NCBI GenBank assembly: GCA_027604505.1
Contig: JADIIX010000079.1
Coordinates: 1-64,000, forward strand
Direction: 5' to 3'
DNA: 64,000 bases
Source: Gonapodya sp. JEL0774
Taxonomy: Eukaryota
Of this stretch, positions 38,207 to 53,700 are shown in pieces. Under the pieces are notes generated by a model that was not told where the DNA came from, did no database searches, and saw nothing but the letters and a program-made list of their open reading frames with translations. The translations under genes were made by a program, and so were the position numbers. How positions within the stretch are numbered: position 1 is the stretch's first letter; each line of letters begins with the position of its first letter.

Positions 38207-39019
38207 CGAGCATCCGCTTAAATTGAGGTTTCAGATGGAGAAAGCCCACCAAGAACTCCAGAACTCAATGGGAAAGCAGAGAGGGGAAACAGAACTGTGA
38301 TTGATCCATCCAGGTGTATTATGAACGTCGACAGAAATCTCACCGCTTTTTGTCCCGAGAGCGGGCGTTTATGGAATTGTTGATTCCCCGGTGGGGAGGC
38401 ACCCAATTACAGTGAGGGGCTGAGGTTCAGGTTCCAGCGGAGCTCCGCAACAACACCTCCACCGGCGAAGGGTAATCACTATGTTGGCGGCGAACCCGGT
38501 GAATATGGAAACTCCGAGAAGTCGTCGATTTATGAGCAGAAGAATATGGGTTGATGGTCTCTGGAGCTCAGTCATGTATATTTTGTATGCCCGGCTTGAC
38601 AGGGTTGCACCTACTCAAGCAGTTGATGGCGCCCGGTGACCGCTTTGATTCAATTGGAAGCCCCGAAAGCCAATTGATCATATGCTCCCATCGAAGTGCA
38701 TTTGAATATTCCAGTGGCCTACCTGGGTGGAGTTGAGCCCTTGTTTGCGGAGAGTATTATCATCTACACTGGTCCTTCTGTTCACTCTCCACCCCAAACA
38801 ACACGGAACGAGATGAGTTCCATGTTTCCTTGGATGCATCTGAAAAGGGGAGATTCTTATCTGGCGACGAGTTGTCTGGCAGAAAGAGTTGGCTACCTTT
38901 TTCAGGTTCTTATAATTGATGATAAAAGCTCTGCTAGTTTAGAATAATTAGAATATGCAATAAAATTTTTTGCAGGTCTCATCGCTTGGCCTCCTCAGCC
39001 AATCTCAATTACCATAACT

Positions 39020-42000
39020 CTACCGAGGAGGTATCCCGGCTTTACCAGCCTCCATTGCCGCCGCTCCAGCAGCAGCTCCAGACTGTCCTCCTGCCCATAT
39101 ACCAAGAAGCATCTGCCCAATATTCGTTCCACCACTGCCAGCCCCGGCACTTGCCGCACCCGAAATAGTCGTCATACCAGTAGCTTGTCCCGCAGTCACT
39201 CCAGCGGTTGTGCCCATGCCTGCGGCCACATTCGCTCCTGTCCCCACACCACTGACCGGACCTGTATTTGCGCCTGTTCCGGCTCCAGACACCGCCCCCG
39301 TGTTGGCCCCTGTCCCCATACCCGCACCGGCACCAGCGTTGGCCCCCGTGCCTGCACCTGTCAGTCCCGACATCGGCACGTTTGCAACGGTACCAGCGCC
39401 TTGAAGTCCTGCGGTGGCTCCACTTGCGCTCGACCCACCCCCGAAGGCAAACGTGGAAGCGCCAGTTCCAGCTCCAGAACTCGCTCCCGCGCCAGCGCCA
39501 GCACCGACACCTGCTGCTGCTCCTGCAGTTGCTGCTGATGTGGCGCCTGTAAAGAGCGATCCCGCACCCGCGAGGAAAGAAGCCCCTGTTGTGGCGCCGA
39601 GTGCCGCGTCTCCGGCAGCCAGAGCTACGAGTCCCACTGGGGCTGATTGACTGTTGGACGGGTCGTGGAAATGACATAGTTACTGACATCTTTTTTAGCA
39701 CGAAGTAGGTTGAGCATGTCATGACTCACGTTGCAACTACAATCAAGGGAGTCGTCTCAGTTCCCCTACCGTATCAAGACCGGGTCCGCTAGTATCAGAA
39801 GCAGTATGTGCCAATCGCCAATAAAATGATGCAACTCACCCCGCAGCGGCACCCGAGCCCCCTGCACCGGCACCACCCCCTGCTCCACCACTCGACCCTG
39901 CGGCGGCTCCAGCTCCCGCTCCAGTCCCAGCGGTCGCTCCAGCCCCTGCACCTGCTGCAGCCGAAGCAGCTCCCGCTGCAAAAAACGTGGACGCCCCGCC
40001 CAGACTGTTGAAGACAAAGAAACGAGTCATGTATGTGCGAGCATATCGCATCACTCGAACTCTGGGAATGCTTACATTCCGGCATTGACAGCCACAATCA
40101 CGGAACCGACGATCACAACAGCTCCAGCTACCGCACCAACTGTCGCACCGGCAATGACCGCGGGACTGGTTGCACTAGGCGACGAGGTCGAATTGGTATT
40201 GTCGATGTTGCGATTAGTGGGTACACTGGATGTAATCGTCGCAATTGGCAAGACGCCTTCCGAATCCACCACATACACAAAGAGTGTTTGCCATTAGACC
40301 CAGTGGTTAAAAAAAGAGAAATCGAGTAGCCCTCACTGATAGTGGTGGTAGTGATTCCTACAAGCGTGCTTGAAGATTCGGCAGTTACAAGCCCCGTTGT
40401 GACAGGGAGCGAGGATGTTAGAGGATCCACAGAGGTCACGGGCAAGGAAGTAACGAGAACGGTCGTTGGTGGTGCGACAGTCGTCACAATGACTACCGTG
40501 GAGGTTTCTATTATCGGAGACGCAGTTGTCGAAGCCAAATCTGCCGTTGTCACCGGAGCTGTCGAAGTGGTAGATTCCGCTAGGGTGACAGGCGCCGTCG
40601 TGGTGACAAGTGCTGCAGTCGTAATTCCTACAAAAGCAGTTGTTTATAGGATTGCAGATGTTTGGAAGTCAGAAATAAGGTCCGTAAGTTACAGTCATAC
40701 AAACTCGAACTCACCGGTGGTGGATACAAAGCTCGTGACGACAGCAGAAGTGGTGTCAACAGTCGTGGGCACGACGATAAGAACAGTGGTTGTAGTTGAG
40801 GACTGAGTCGTTGAACTGGGTGTGACAATAGGGGTGATGGTCGATCTGGAAAGAAATCATCGTGGAACAGAGATTGCAATCAAGCGCATCAGGTACTCAA
40901 TCCTCACGATTGCGTGTACGAAGTTGTGGTAGTAGGTGTAAACGTGACCGTCGAGGTGGTGCTCTCTGTGAAAGATGTGGTAGTGGATTCGGTGGTGGAA
41001 CTCTGGGTCTCGGAGGACGTTGTCAGAGTACTTGACGTCTGCGTTTTCGAGGTGGTGGATTCTGTCGTTGTGGTCAGCGTCTGAGAAGTAGTAGATTGGG
41101 TGGTGGTGCTCGGAGTCTGGGACGTTGTGGATTCGGTGGTTGTGCTGGGCGTTTCTGAGGTCGTGGATTCGGTCGTGGTGGTGCTGGCATCGGCGAGAAG
41201 AGGAGAGAAGACAGCTTTGAGTGCACAATCATCCACACAACTTAGGAGAACAACTGTTCCTCACGATTCCGTATAGGAAGTTGTGGTAGTCGGTGTGAAA
41301 GTGACCGTAGAAGTGGTGCTTTCGGTGAAGGACGTGGTAGTGGATTCGGTTGTCGAACTCTGGGTCTCGGAGGACGTTGTCAGGGTACTTGATGTCTTCG
41401 TTTCCGAGGTGGTAGATTCTGTTGTTGTGGTCAGCGTCTCAGAAGTCGTAGATCGGGTGGTGGTGCTAGGAGTTTGGGACGTTGTGGATTCGGTGGTTGT
41501 GCTAGGCGTTTCTGAGGTCGTGGATTCGGTCGTGGTGGTGCTGGCCATCGGCGATCAGAGGAGCGTAGACATCTGTGAGTGCACAACCATCCACATAACT
41601 TAAAAGACCAACTGTTCCTCACGATTCTGTATAGGAAGTTGTGGTAGTCGGTGTGAAAGTGACCGTAGAAGTGGTGCTTTCGGTGAAGGACGTGGTAGTG
41701 GATTCGGTTGTCGAACTCTGGGTCTCGGAGGACGTTGTCAGGGTACTTGATGTCTGCGTTTCCGAGGTGGTAGATTCTGTTGTTGTGGTCAGCGTCTCAG
41801 AAGTAGTAGATTGGGTGGTGGTGCTGGGAGTTTGGGACGTTGTGGATTCGGTGGTTGTGCTAGGCGTTTCTGAGGTCGTGGATTCGGTCGTGGTGGTGCT
41901 GGCATCGGGGAGAAGAGGAGAGAAGACATCTATGAGTGCACAATCATCCAATAATTTAGAAGAACAACTATTCCTCACGATTCCGTATATGAGGTTGTGG

Positions 42001-45000
42001 TAGTCGGTGTGAAAGTGACAGTAAAAGTGGTGCTTTCAGTGAAGGACGTGGTAGTGGATTCGGTCGTGGAACTCTGGGTTTCGGAGGACGTTGTCAGGGT
42101 ACTTGACGTCTGCGTTTCCGAGGTGGTAGATTCTGTCGTTGTGGTCAGCGTCTCAGAAGTGGTAGATACTGTGGTCGTGCTGGGAGCTTCGGACGTTGTA
42201 GATTCCGTGGTTGTACTGGGGGCAATTTAAATTGTAGCGGTGAGATTGCGGAGGAAGGAGGAAATGGGGTTAGCAACACCGCGAGGTAGGTATCGAGTAC
42301 ATGCGGTGTCCCTCACTCACCTCAGAGTAGTTGTCGTTCTGAGGTGGACGATGATCAGTCAATATACTATTGCTTGAGTTGTTGAGTTGAATGTACTCAC
42401 GGCTGCAATCTTCGTTCCACTATGTACCAGCGTCTCGTTGCCGTGCAGTCTTGGTCATTCGCCTTTCCATCTGCACCATAACTGAGGCACAAACGCTCAT
42501 TCAGCATCGACAATCGACTTGATCTCATTTATGGCGAAACTGACATTTCCAAACATCTCTCTCTGCCTCCGTCTCCAGAGTTATTTGGCTCCCCGTCCTC
42601 CCAGGTAAAATTTGTGAGAGCATCTGCACCATACGAGGTCGACGCTCTAAAAACCAGTACCTATGTTGGGCGAAGTTTCCACAGGTTTTCCAACATGATT
42701 GCTTTGAACGGATTTGTCTCACAGTGACAATATCGTCAGCACCCATCCATATTCCATTGACCCCAATACTATTTCCATCAACGGCATCAAAAATTTGCGT
42801 TTGGTCGCTTGGGCTCGTAGGAAACGCCAGTTCTCCCTGCGAGTGCCACGCCACAAAGAGAACGAAATATCTTTGTACCTTGTGGCAGAGGTTCTTCGAG
42901 ATGGTCTAACTCACTCCCCATGATTGTGAAGCATCCTTCATTGCTTCAAACCAGTTCAGCTCAGTTGTTGTTACGAGACGTACAGCACGACCATTTACAA
43001 TTGTCCAACCATCAGCATCGGCTGCTTCGGGGGTGCTGTCACACAGTGAACATGTCAGAACACCCGAGCTTGCCAGTCACGTGATTTTAGTCTCTCACAT
43101 GTACTGTCCATCGGAGATTATAGAGACTTCATTACCGTAAATTGTGTTGATACTGCAGGTTACGCCGTTGATGACGGTCCCTCCGCGACTCACACACCAG
43201 TAAGCGGTTACTCCGCCTGAACCAGGAATGGGAGTAGGTCTGTTCGGGTCCAAATGGCATATTTTTATGCGGTGTGCAAATCTACCAACAGAACGCGTGA
43301 AACCTCACGTAGTTGTTGTTGTTGTCGTCGTCACTGGCGTCGCAGATGTTGTCGACTCCGTCGTGGTGATGGTTCTAGCCAAATTTAAATGCACATGTAC
43401 CCGGCAGTCATAGAACCGAATCTCAAAGGAATTGGACAATGTCTTGAAATCGCACAACAAAGACACAACTTACGGCACAATTCTCCTCTCAACAATATAG
43501 GCGGTGCCCGGATCAAAGCATCTGAAGTCATTTGCAGCTCCACTTTGAGTCCCGTCTCTGAGGAGTGTGGATAAGTTATTCGTCAAAACTGAGCTTCTAA
43601 GCAACGAGCGCTCCCATTGGGACGTGGAAACACTCACAAGTTCATACATGCTTCCCAACCAACCGCATTGTCGGGCTGTTGGGGGTTGGTGGCCCACACG
43701 AATGGCGTTGTTGGTAGAGAGTTGCCACCATACGAGGTGGAGCTCCGGAAAACAGGGTTCTCAATTCGAAGCACCATTGGTGAGATGTACTCAATTGTGT
43801 GACCATTTTACTGTTACGAGCTCACAGTTTCATACCCGTCTGCTCCCACCCAAACGTACGGAAGTGCACCGGCGGGAACAGTTGGTAAAAGGGCATTAGC
43901 CAGATCAAGTTGATCAACACCACTCGCTGGGAATGCCAGTTCACCCTGAAAGGCGAGACAGTGTCCAAGTGAAGAAATGGTCAAGAATGCTAATAATTCG
44001 TGAAAAATCAGCCCAAAATCTCACCCCCCACGTCACAGACGCCTCTCCCATGGCTTCGAACCATGATGCCGTAGATGGTACAATTCGAACGGCCCGGTTG
44101 TTGACTATGGTCCAGCTGCCCGCGATTGCGTCTGCTGTGGTGCTGTGGGTGATTGGGTTTCACATTGCATACGTGGATACGTTAAATGGGATTGCAGATA
44201 CGATGTGGGCTATAAAACATAATCTTGACACCTGACTTACATGAACTGACCGTCCTGGACTATTCCCAGCCTGGCCTGCCGGAAGTAAGGTTGCTCCCAG
44301 AGCTCACACGCGTTATTTGCGATGTTGCCACCCCGGGAAGTGCACCAGTACGAAGTGACACCACCGACTGTTGGAAGCGCGGCGCTGTTGTGGGAGGAAG
44401 CGCAATGTGTGAGTTGGGCGAATTGCAAATTGAAGCAATTTTTACGCTGAACTTTGCTCACCGCTTAACGTAGACATCCACTTCTCCGCTTGGATATCTG
44501 ACAATTCACAAATTCAGTAAGTCAGTAGAAAGGACATCTAGTCGACGGTTGGCGTCCTCACCTTCCAGGTATCACCTTGTTGCTTGGATAGTCTGCATAT
44601 TTAAGCACACAACGGTCATTAGTGTGATACCATGCAAAAAAGATGCACTGGCTGTAAAAGTTGCACAGTCCTTCACAATCGCCTATGTTGCTGGTGTTCC
44701 AGGTTACAAATCCGACTGGACCAAACATAAAATCAAAGTTCGGTATGACATTGTAATTTGGAATTGCGTAGAGAGTTGGATTTTGTGGATCTGGGCTGTA
44801 TGTGGTATACGGAACTGTAAAGGGCCTATTGTGGTGGATTGGAATTCGGGTACGTGATGTCGTAGAGCGAAAACGCCACGTAGATACACGCAAATGCTCA
44901 CGTTGCTTTCTGAAAAGCTTGGGCACCTGGAGATGCTACTTGACTGCTGAAACTTGACACGCTGACGCACGAACCATCCGGACGTACGATGTACCCAACA

Positions 45001-47290
45001 CACGAGCTCTGCGCATTGCACATGAGTCGGCACTGCGGATCACTGGGGTTGACATAAGAACTTAAAATGGAGCCCAGAGTACTCGCAACGTCAATGGCGC
45101 CGAGGGAGATGTATGTGTCAGTTGCGCTGGGTGGGGGTGCTGAGGTTGTGGAAGTGGTACTGATTGATTCGGAAGTGGTGGATTGTGTGGTAGTGGTGGT
45201 CGTTAAAGTCGTGGTCGTCTCAGGTCTTGTTCCAGTTTGGGGGAACAGCATCCCGCATTCAGATCCCACCGAGTTTGACGTCAGTAAAATCTAAATCAAT
45301 TCATCTAACCGCCACTCACGTACTCACGACGCAAGCCTTCTTTCAACAATGTACGCGGTACCGGAATCAAAGCATCTGAAGTCGTTTGCCCCTCCAGTAG
45401 TACCACTGCAGTGACATCCATTCTCGTCAGTCTCGAGCATCCAAGGAAAGCATCGGAAAATGAAAAGCTCACAGCTCCAAACACTCTTCCAATCCAGCTA
45501 AGTTGTCTGGCTGATTGCTCGCCCATGAGAGAGGTGGTGCTGTCTGGGCGTTGCCGCCGTAAGATGTCGAACTCCGGAAATCGTGCGTCTTGATTTGATC
45601 AACGGACGTCCATTCTGGTGAATGATTGGATGAGTAACATAGAACAGGCTCGCAGATTCTCACCTCGAAAGGGTAGTTGTCCACACCCAGCCAAACGTAG
45701 GCAAGTGCACTTTGTGGAACTTTCGAAGACAGGGCACTGAACATTGCCGCTTGGTCCGCATCACTCGCAGGGAATGCCAATTCACCCTACAATACAAGTG
45801 AAGACAAGCACCAAAGCAGCATCATGCTCAGCAATGCCAACCCGGTGAATGATTCTCGACACGGCAATGACCTCACCCCCCATGTTAATGACGCATCTCG
45901 CATAGCTTCAAACCATGATCCTGCAAACTCAACTATTCGGACAGCGCGGTTGTTTACGATAGTCCAACCAGCCTCGATCGCGTCCGCTTGCGTGCTGGTG
46001 AAAGGGATGTCGACGTGCCGATTAGTTGAGGTATACACGATTAAGTTGGCAAAGGAATACACAGAGAAGCTAATTCTAGTACGAAGCTTACATAAGCTGA
46101 CCGTTTGAGACGATCGGAAGGAAAGCCTGCCGGTAGTAAGGTTTCGTGGAGAGTTTGCACCCATCACTTGTGATGGTACCACCTCGATCGGTACACCAGA
46201 AGGTCGTAATGCCACCAACTTTAGGAAGGGTTGAGCTGGAAAGTGATAGATGATCATGGTTTTCGGTTTCGAGGGAGGAGAGAAGAACGCTGTTGCAAGA
46301 GGTTATGCTCACAGTTTCAGATAGCTATCGAAAGCACCAGTTGGGGTACTAAGAGAGAATATGAGTAATGTTCAATCGGGGGCACGGAAAAATGCTGCGG
46401 AGTTGCGTATGCTGATCTCACCACCCTGGTATCACTTTGTTGGTTGCACCAGTGGTCTGCAGAAAGCACGTGTCACCATTGCGGCTCCACGCCAACACCT
46501 GACAGACATTGGTGTAGTAGTTGCACAGCCCTTCACAGTCGCCCACATTGCTTGTGACCCAACTGGCGAACTTAATTGATGCATCCTGAAAGAGAAAACT
46601 GGGCATAACATTGTAATTCGGGATAGGATAGAGGGAGCCGCCGTCCGGAGTGTAGGTGGGAAAGGGATTCGCGAAGGGCCTAAATTGAGAAAAAGCGCGT
46701 TGGTCTGCGAGGACAGTGTGGTGCGCGCGAGGGGTTGCACAAATCGAACAACGGTTCGCTTACGTCGACTTCTGGAAAGCTTGAGCTCCCGGTGATGATG
46801 ATTGAGTGCTGAAGCTCGATACGGTGACACAAGAGCCATCAGGACGTAGGATATACCCGTCGCAAGTTATCTGAGCATCGCAAGCGAGACGACACTCCGG
46901 GTCATTGAGGTTGACATAACCAGCATTTATGGAGAGGAGAACGATATTGCCAGGTACGTCAACAGCACCAATTGACGTGTACGCGCCTGAGGAAGGAGGT
47001 GGAGCTGTTGTGGTGGTGGTGACTGCCGGTCCTGGAGGAGGTGGGGATGCGGGTGTCGTGGTTGTTGTCGAAGGAGGAGGAGGCGGAACGTCGACTGTTG
47101 TTGTAGTTGTGAATGCCGGCGGAGGAGGTGGCTCAGTTGTCGTTGTCGTTTGGGATTCGGTGGTGGACGTGCTGAGCGTGCTCGACGTGGTGGACGTGGT
47201 GGTTTCTTGACAGCGGACTTTTGTGGCGGAAGCAAGCAAACCCCAGAAAATGACCAGGAGCACGCCTCGAGAAAACTTCCGCCTATTCAT
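39020..47290 (-). CDS. PAN/Apple + C-type lectin + mucin + TM surface protein, paralog B (4 PAN-like and 3 CTL modules)
   Basis: Signal peptide MNRRKFSRGVLLVIFWGLLASATKVRC. PAN-like modules at ~46990-46770, 46640-46425, 45120-44900 and 44790-44560. CTL modules at ~46000-45330, 44140-43480 and 43040-42420 (W(L/M)G, QPD/EPN, C..L, AND..C, YIVER). Thr/Ser repeats, TM AVIAGATVGAVAGAVVIVGSVIVAV at ~40085-40160, Gly/Ala-rich C-terminus. Confidence 0.78.
40904..42230 (-). repeat. ~357-bp tandem exon+intron repeat (about 3.7 copies) encoding a Thr/Ser/Glu stalk
   Basis: Units start at 40904, 41261, 41619 and 41975 (TCACGATT...). Each encodes ASTTTTESTTSETPSTT...VTFTPTTTTSYTES plus a similar intron. 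Confidence 0.9.
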
Positions 47291-48030
47291 TTTCGCCGCT
47301 GACGGCGATAATAGTGCGCTGATGAATTTCCGCCGTGGATGGGTCGCGGGAGTTGTGCAGATATATTACAGTCGGCAGCTGGTCAAGTATTCAATGCCAC
47401 ATAGGGGAAAGAATGTATCCGCAGTCAAAGCATCGCTAGACACGCGATCACTCGATGAGATACTTACGTGGCGACCCTGCTCTTTCCTCTCCCCGTCTTC
47501 CTCACTTGGTTTATCGAAACTACCTGGGGCAGGTATCAGTTTAGGAATGAACGGAACAAAGTCCGAGGTGCCGGCCTTTCATCCCCGCCTTCCCAACCTT
47601 AAAACTAATACCACGAAAGAGGGCATGACTACCGATCAAATGTGGATCATGCAGTTGTCGCCGAGGGAGGAGAATTTTATATAGAAATTCACAAGCGACT
47701 GGCTACCAGAGCCGAGATGTGAAATCACTCCGTCTGAAGGACCGTAATCAATCGGATCAATGGAATCATGTACTCTTCGCTTGAGCTCTCCCATAGGACT
47801 ATCATGCGCAGTTTCCATCTTCATTACATAACTTCATCGATCTTAATGCCGCGAATGAAGTAAAGTTTATGAAATATCAGTCATACCTGTGTTTGCCATG
47901 TCAACACGGTTCTTGGGTTCGATTGGCCAGATGCTGAGTGCAGGGGGGGGGGCGGGGGGCACGGGAGTATGTACTGGACACAGACAAAAATAATGCAAGG
48001 TAGGGTTGTTCGAACAACTTATCCAAATCC

Positions 48031-50260
<2,230 letters not shown>

Positions 50261-50780
50261 GTCGAGTGGCACGGAACCAAGGGGGAGCAAGAACAGAATT
50301 GCTTGTGAGCAAAGTTGCAATTTGGGGGGGGTGTGGCTGCATTGTCGTCTCCGGCTGGCAGAGGATTGTGTGTTGAATTCGAAAAACCTTAACACGCGTT
50401 TCTCTTTGTTCTCAGGCACCAGAAACTGTAGAAAAATTGTGGGTTAGAATGGTGCAGTTACAATTGGAATGGCATAATCGTAATGTATTGAGGAGAGAAG
50501 AGAAGCCCGAAACGCCGAGAAAGCGGAGATTGTGCAAGCCGGAAGACGGTCGGAGGCGAGGGCGAAATATACCGCACTTGCGACAAGCGATGGATGAGTT
50601 GGCGCCGGTCAAACTGAGCTCTTTTGCGATGTATTTCATTGGCAAATTCATTTATGTTCGCCAGTTTTTTTCTCCGGGTGAGGGGCTCCACTCTCCTGCG
50701 GCATCGAAAGCCTGATCTCAAAAACGGCCAAAGGTATTTCGAACTCCGGGGAACTCCACCTGAAAACACTGTAGTTCCCA

Positions 50781-53700
50781 ATGAATCGAGCTCCGCCTGC
50801 GCCAGACGCGGCGGGATTTCGACATCGGCGACCTTCGATGCTCGTGATTGTTGCCTTTTCCTTAATTGGGTTCTTGGCGTCCACCCTGTCGGTCGAGTCG
50901 GCATCCCTGTGTGGACTGAATGTGACAGATTGGGCGGATATACGGACGCAGATCGCTGGACTTGTTGCAGGCGGTGAGTGAGATGTGGATGAGTTGTTAT
51001 AGTGGGCATACCAGAAGTGACAATCTCTCTCGAAAACTCCAATGAATCCTTCTCAACCCAATGAATGGATCTGCTTGCAAAGGATACGGCCCGGACTATG
51101 TTCGACTTACCTATCACGATGGTGGAACTTATTCGGTGGTGGATGGTTCAGGGGGTGCTAGGGGAACTCTCAAAATCGTTCCCTTTCTGAACGGGACCTT
51201 GGGTCTGCTTCCTGGAATCCAGTCTCTGGAAATCATCAAGGAACGCTACCCGGCGATTTCCTATGCGGACCTTTGGGCGTTTGCGGGAGCCGTTGCAGTG
51301 TATGAGAGGTACAGTCGATGCTCAACCCTCGTTTCCATTTCCCTATCTCAATGGTCCTCACAATGAATCTCAGTGGAGGGCCTCTAATCCGTTTTCGATG
51401 TGGACGGAAAGATTTCCTGTTCGTCTGTGTGGTGTCAGCTGTTCTTGTTGTACAGAAGTCTCATGCTGATGTTCCCCGACAGTGTCGGCGAATACACGGA
51501 TGCCCAGAATCACGGTCGATTACCACAAGGCTGGAACAATGCCACGGTAATTCGTCAATCATTTGGCAGGATGGGGTTCACGGATCGTGAGACGGTTGCT
51601 CTCATTGGGGGAGGCCATTCCATGGGACGGGTGAGTGACGAGCGCCGCAACCATTGAGGGTTCAAACTGAGAGTGACCGGGGCTTGACTTTTTCTAGTGT
51701 CGCTATGATTTGAGGTACGTGGGCCTGGGTGATGAAGCTGAGAAACATTGGAATCGATTGGCCGTTTGCTGATACAACACTGAACTGCTCCTTGGCACAC
51801 ATCCAGCGGGTTTTCTGGGTAAGTCTTCGATACCCCGCAGCATTTGAGCACGTGATGCTAACATGGTATTTGCATAATCTGAATGCCAGACCCTGGGCAG
51901 ACAACCCTTTTCGGTGCGTTTGGTTTAACCGCACCTGCAACTTTCACAATTCCTGAACTCTTGTCCCGCGAAACTCGCAAACTCAGCTTCACCAACCAAT
52001 TCTTTGTCCTTCGTACGCAAGATTCGACCTCCTTTCGCCCGGTTGCGAATCCTAATGGTTTAACTCAGTTCAACATAACGGACAACAGCAAGATGGCCCT
52101 TCCGTCCGACCACTCCTTAACCCTTGACCAAAGCTACGCTCCAATTACCCAAGAATACGCCAAAAATGCTTCTATTTTCTTCAGTGACTTTGCTGCCGCT
52201 TACTCCAAGCTGATGGAGCTTGGAAGCAGTCTCGTCGACGCGAATGCGGTGAACGTGACGGGAGTAAGTGGGACGAGACTCGGCGTGGCCACTGACGCGC
52301 AATCAAGCACAGCGTTTGCGGGGGGATGGTCCTCTGTGCAACTGGGGTCGATGTTGCTACTGAAGTGGAAGCTGCGTCAGTCAGACGGGTACATTGACTT
52401 TCAGCTGTTCTCCATGGCCGGTGGTATGTACATGAATATGAATGCTCGTACTCGCTCAAAAGGTGCTGCTCAACTCACTAGTTCTGCCCCTCCGTTTCAG
52501 GTTGGTTTGCCTTCGGCATCGGCTCCGGGATGCCATCGCAAGATGTGTATTCCTACGAACCAGCTACGGGCAAAATCACGGACAGAATTTCCAGCACTTT
52601 TGATATGCCAACGCCTGACACTGAAGCGAATGGGTTGGATAATGTGGAGAATTTCCAGGATTTGACGGCCTCCTTGGGACAAGGCACCTGGACGAAGGTG
52701 GTGGGCTTCTCGAGGAAATTGAACACTGGAGATTTAAATGACGCCATAATAGCGCCTGGATCAATGACGATAACGTGAGTGACATGAGGTCGACGCGCAA
52801 GAAATGAAAATCTGTTCAGTTTCCGGAACTTTTGCATCAGCTATGCTTGGTCCACTGACTCCCCATCTATCGCGTACCACGGTGCCAATAAGGGGAAAAT
52901 CTCTCTTGACATGTTTACGGCAGTCCTGATAGCTACTAGCACAGACTCAAAAGTCCTCGCTTTGCAGGCATTCCATGGAAGTAGGTTGACCTCTCCACTG
53001 TGTTGCTACTTTTCTCTTACCAGGTTTCCACGTATTAGTCACGATGCTAGTGTCGTTTGGGCTTTTGCTGCCGTTGGGCATCTTCTTCGCTAAATATTCG
53101 GACTTGTATCCCCTCGTGGTAGGTTTTAATGCGTTATCTGTACATCTGTGACCTTATTTGTACTCTCTACGGCAGTGGTTGCAACAACACGAAAAAATTA
53201 ACACCCTCGTGTACACGAATGTTGCCCTTTCTGCGCTCGTGAGTCATGTCGGTGAAAAGCTGTAACTGTGTGACCATTCTGACGAGTCTTCACTGGCAGA
53301 TTGCACTCGTTGGGCGCCTTAGTGGTGGTAACGAGACCACGCATCCCATTTTGGGAATGATCTTGTTTGGAACGTTGACCATTACGGTTCTTGTGGGCTT
53401 CCTAATTGGCCACTACCTCAATATTCCGAGTAATCTGAGTCGCCACCTGTCACGCGGGCACAAATACATAAAGCTTTTTCACGTGTGAGCCTTTCCCCTC
53501 GTTGTAATGGAAACGTGGTGATACAAACTGACGTCTTCTTTGTGATTCTTCCGTTTATGAAGCGTCTCTGGCTATTCGTGCTACATACTTGGACTAACAA
53601 ATGGTGCTCTGGGCCTGTGGGACTACATGACACGGAGCATAAGCACCCGAATGGCGGACCAAATTATCGCTCTCTCCCTCTACGTGTCAGCGGTCATGGC

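Noticed and set aside
40904..42230. Regular repeats as a CRISPR-like array
   Set aside because: Units are full-length coding duplicates with no unique spacers; eukaryotic context and no cas genes.
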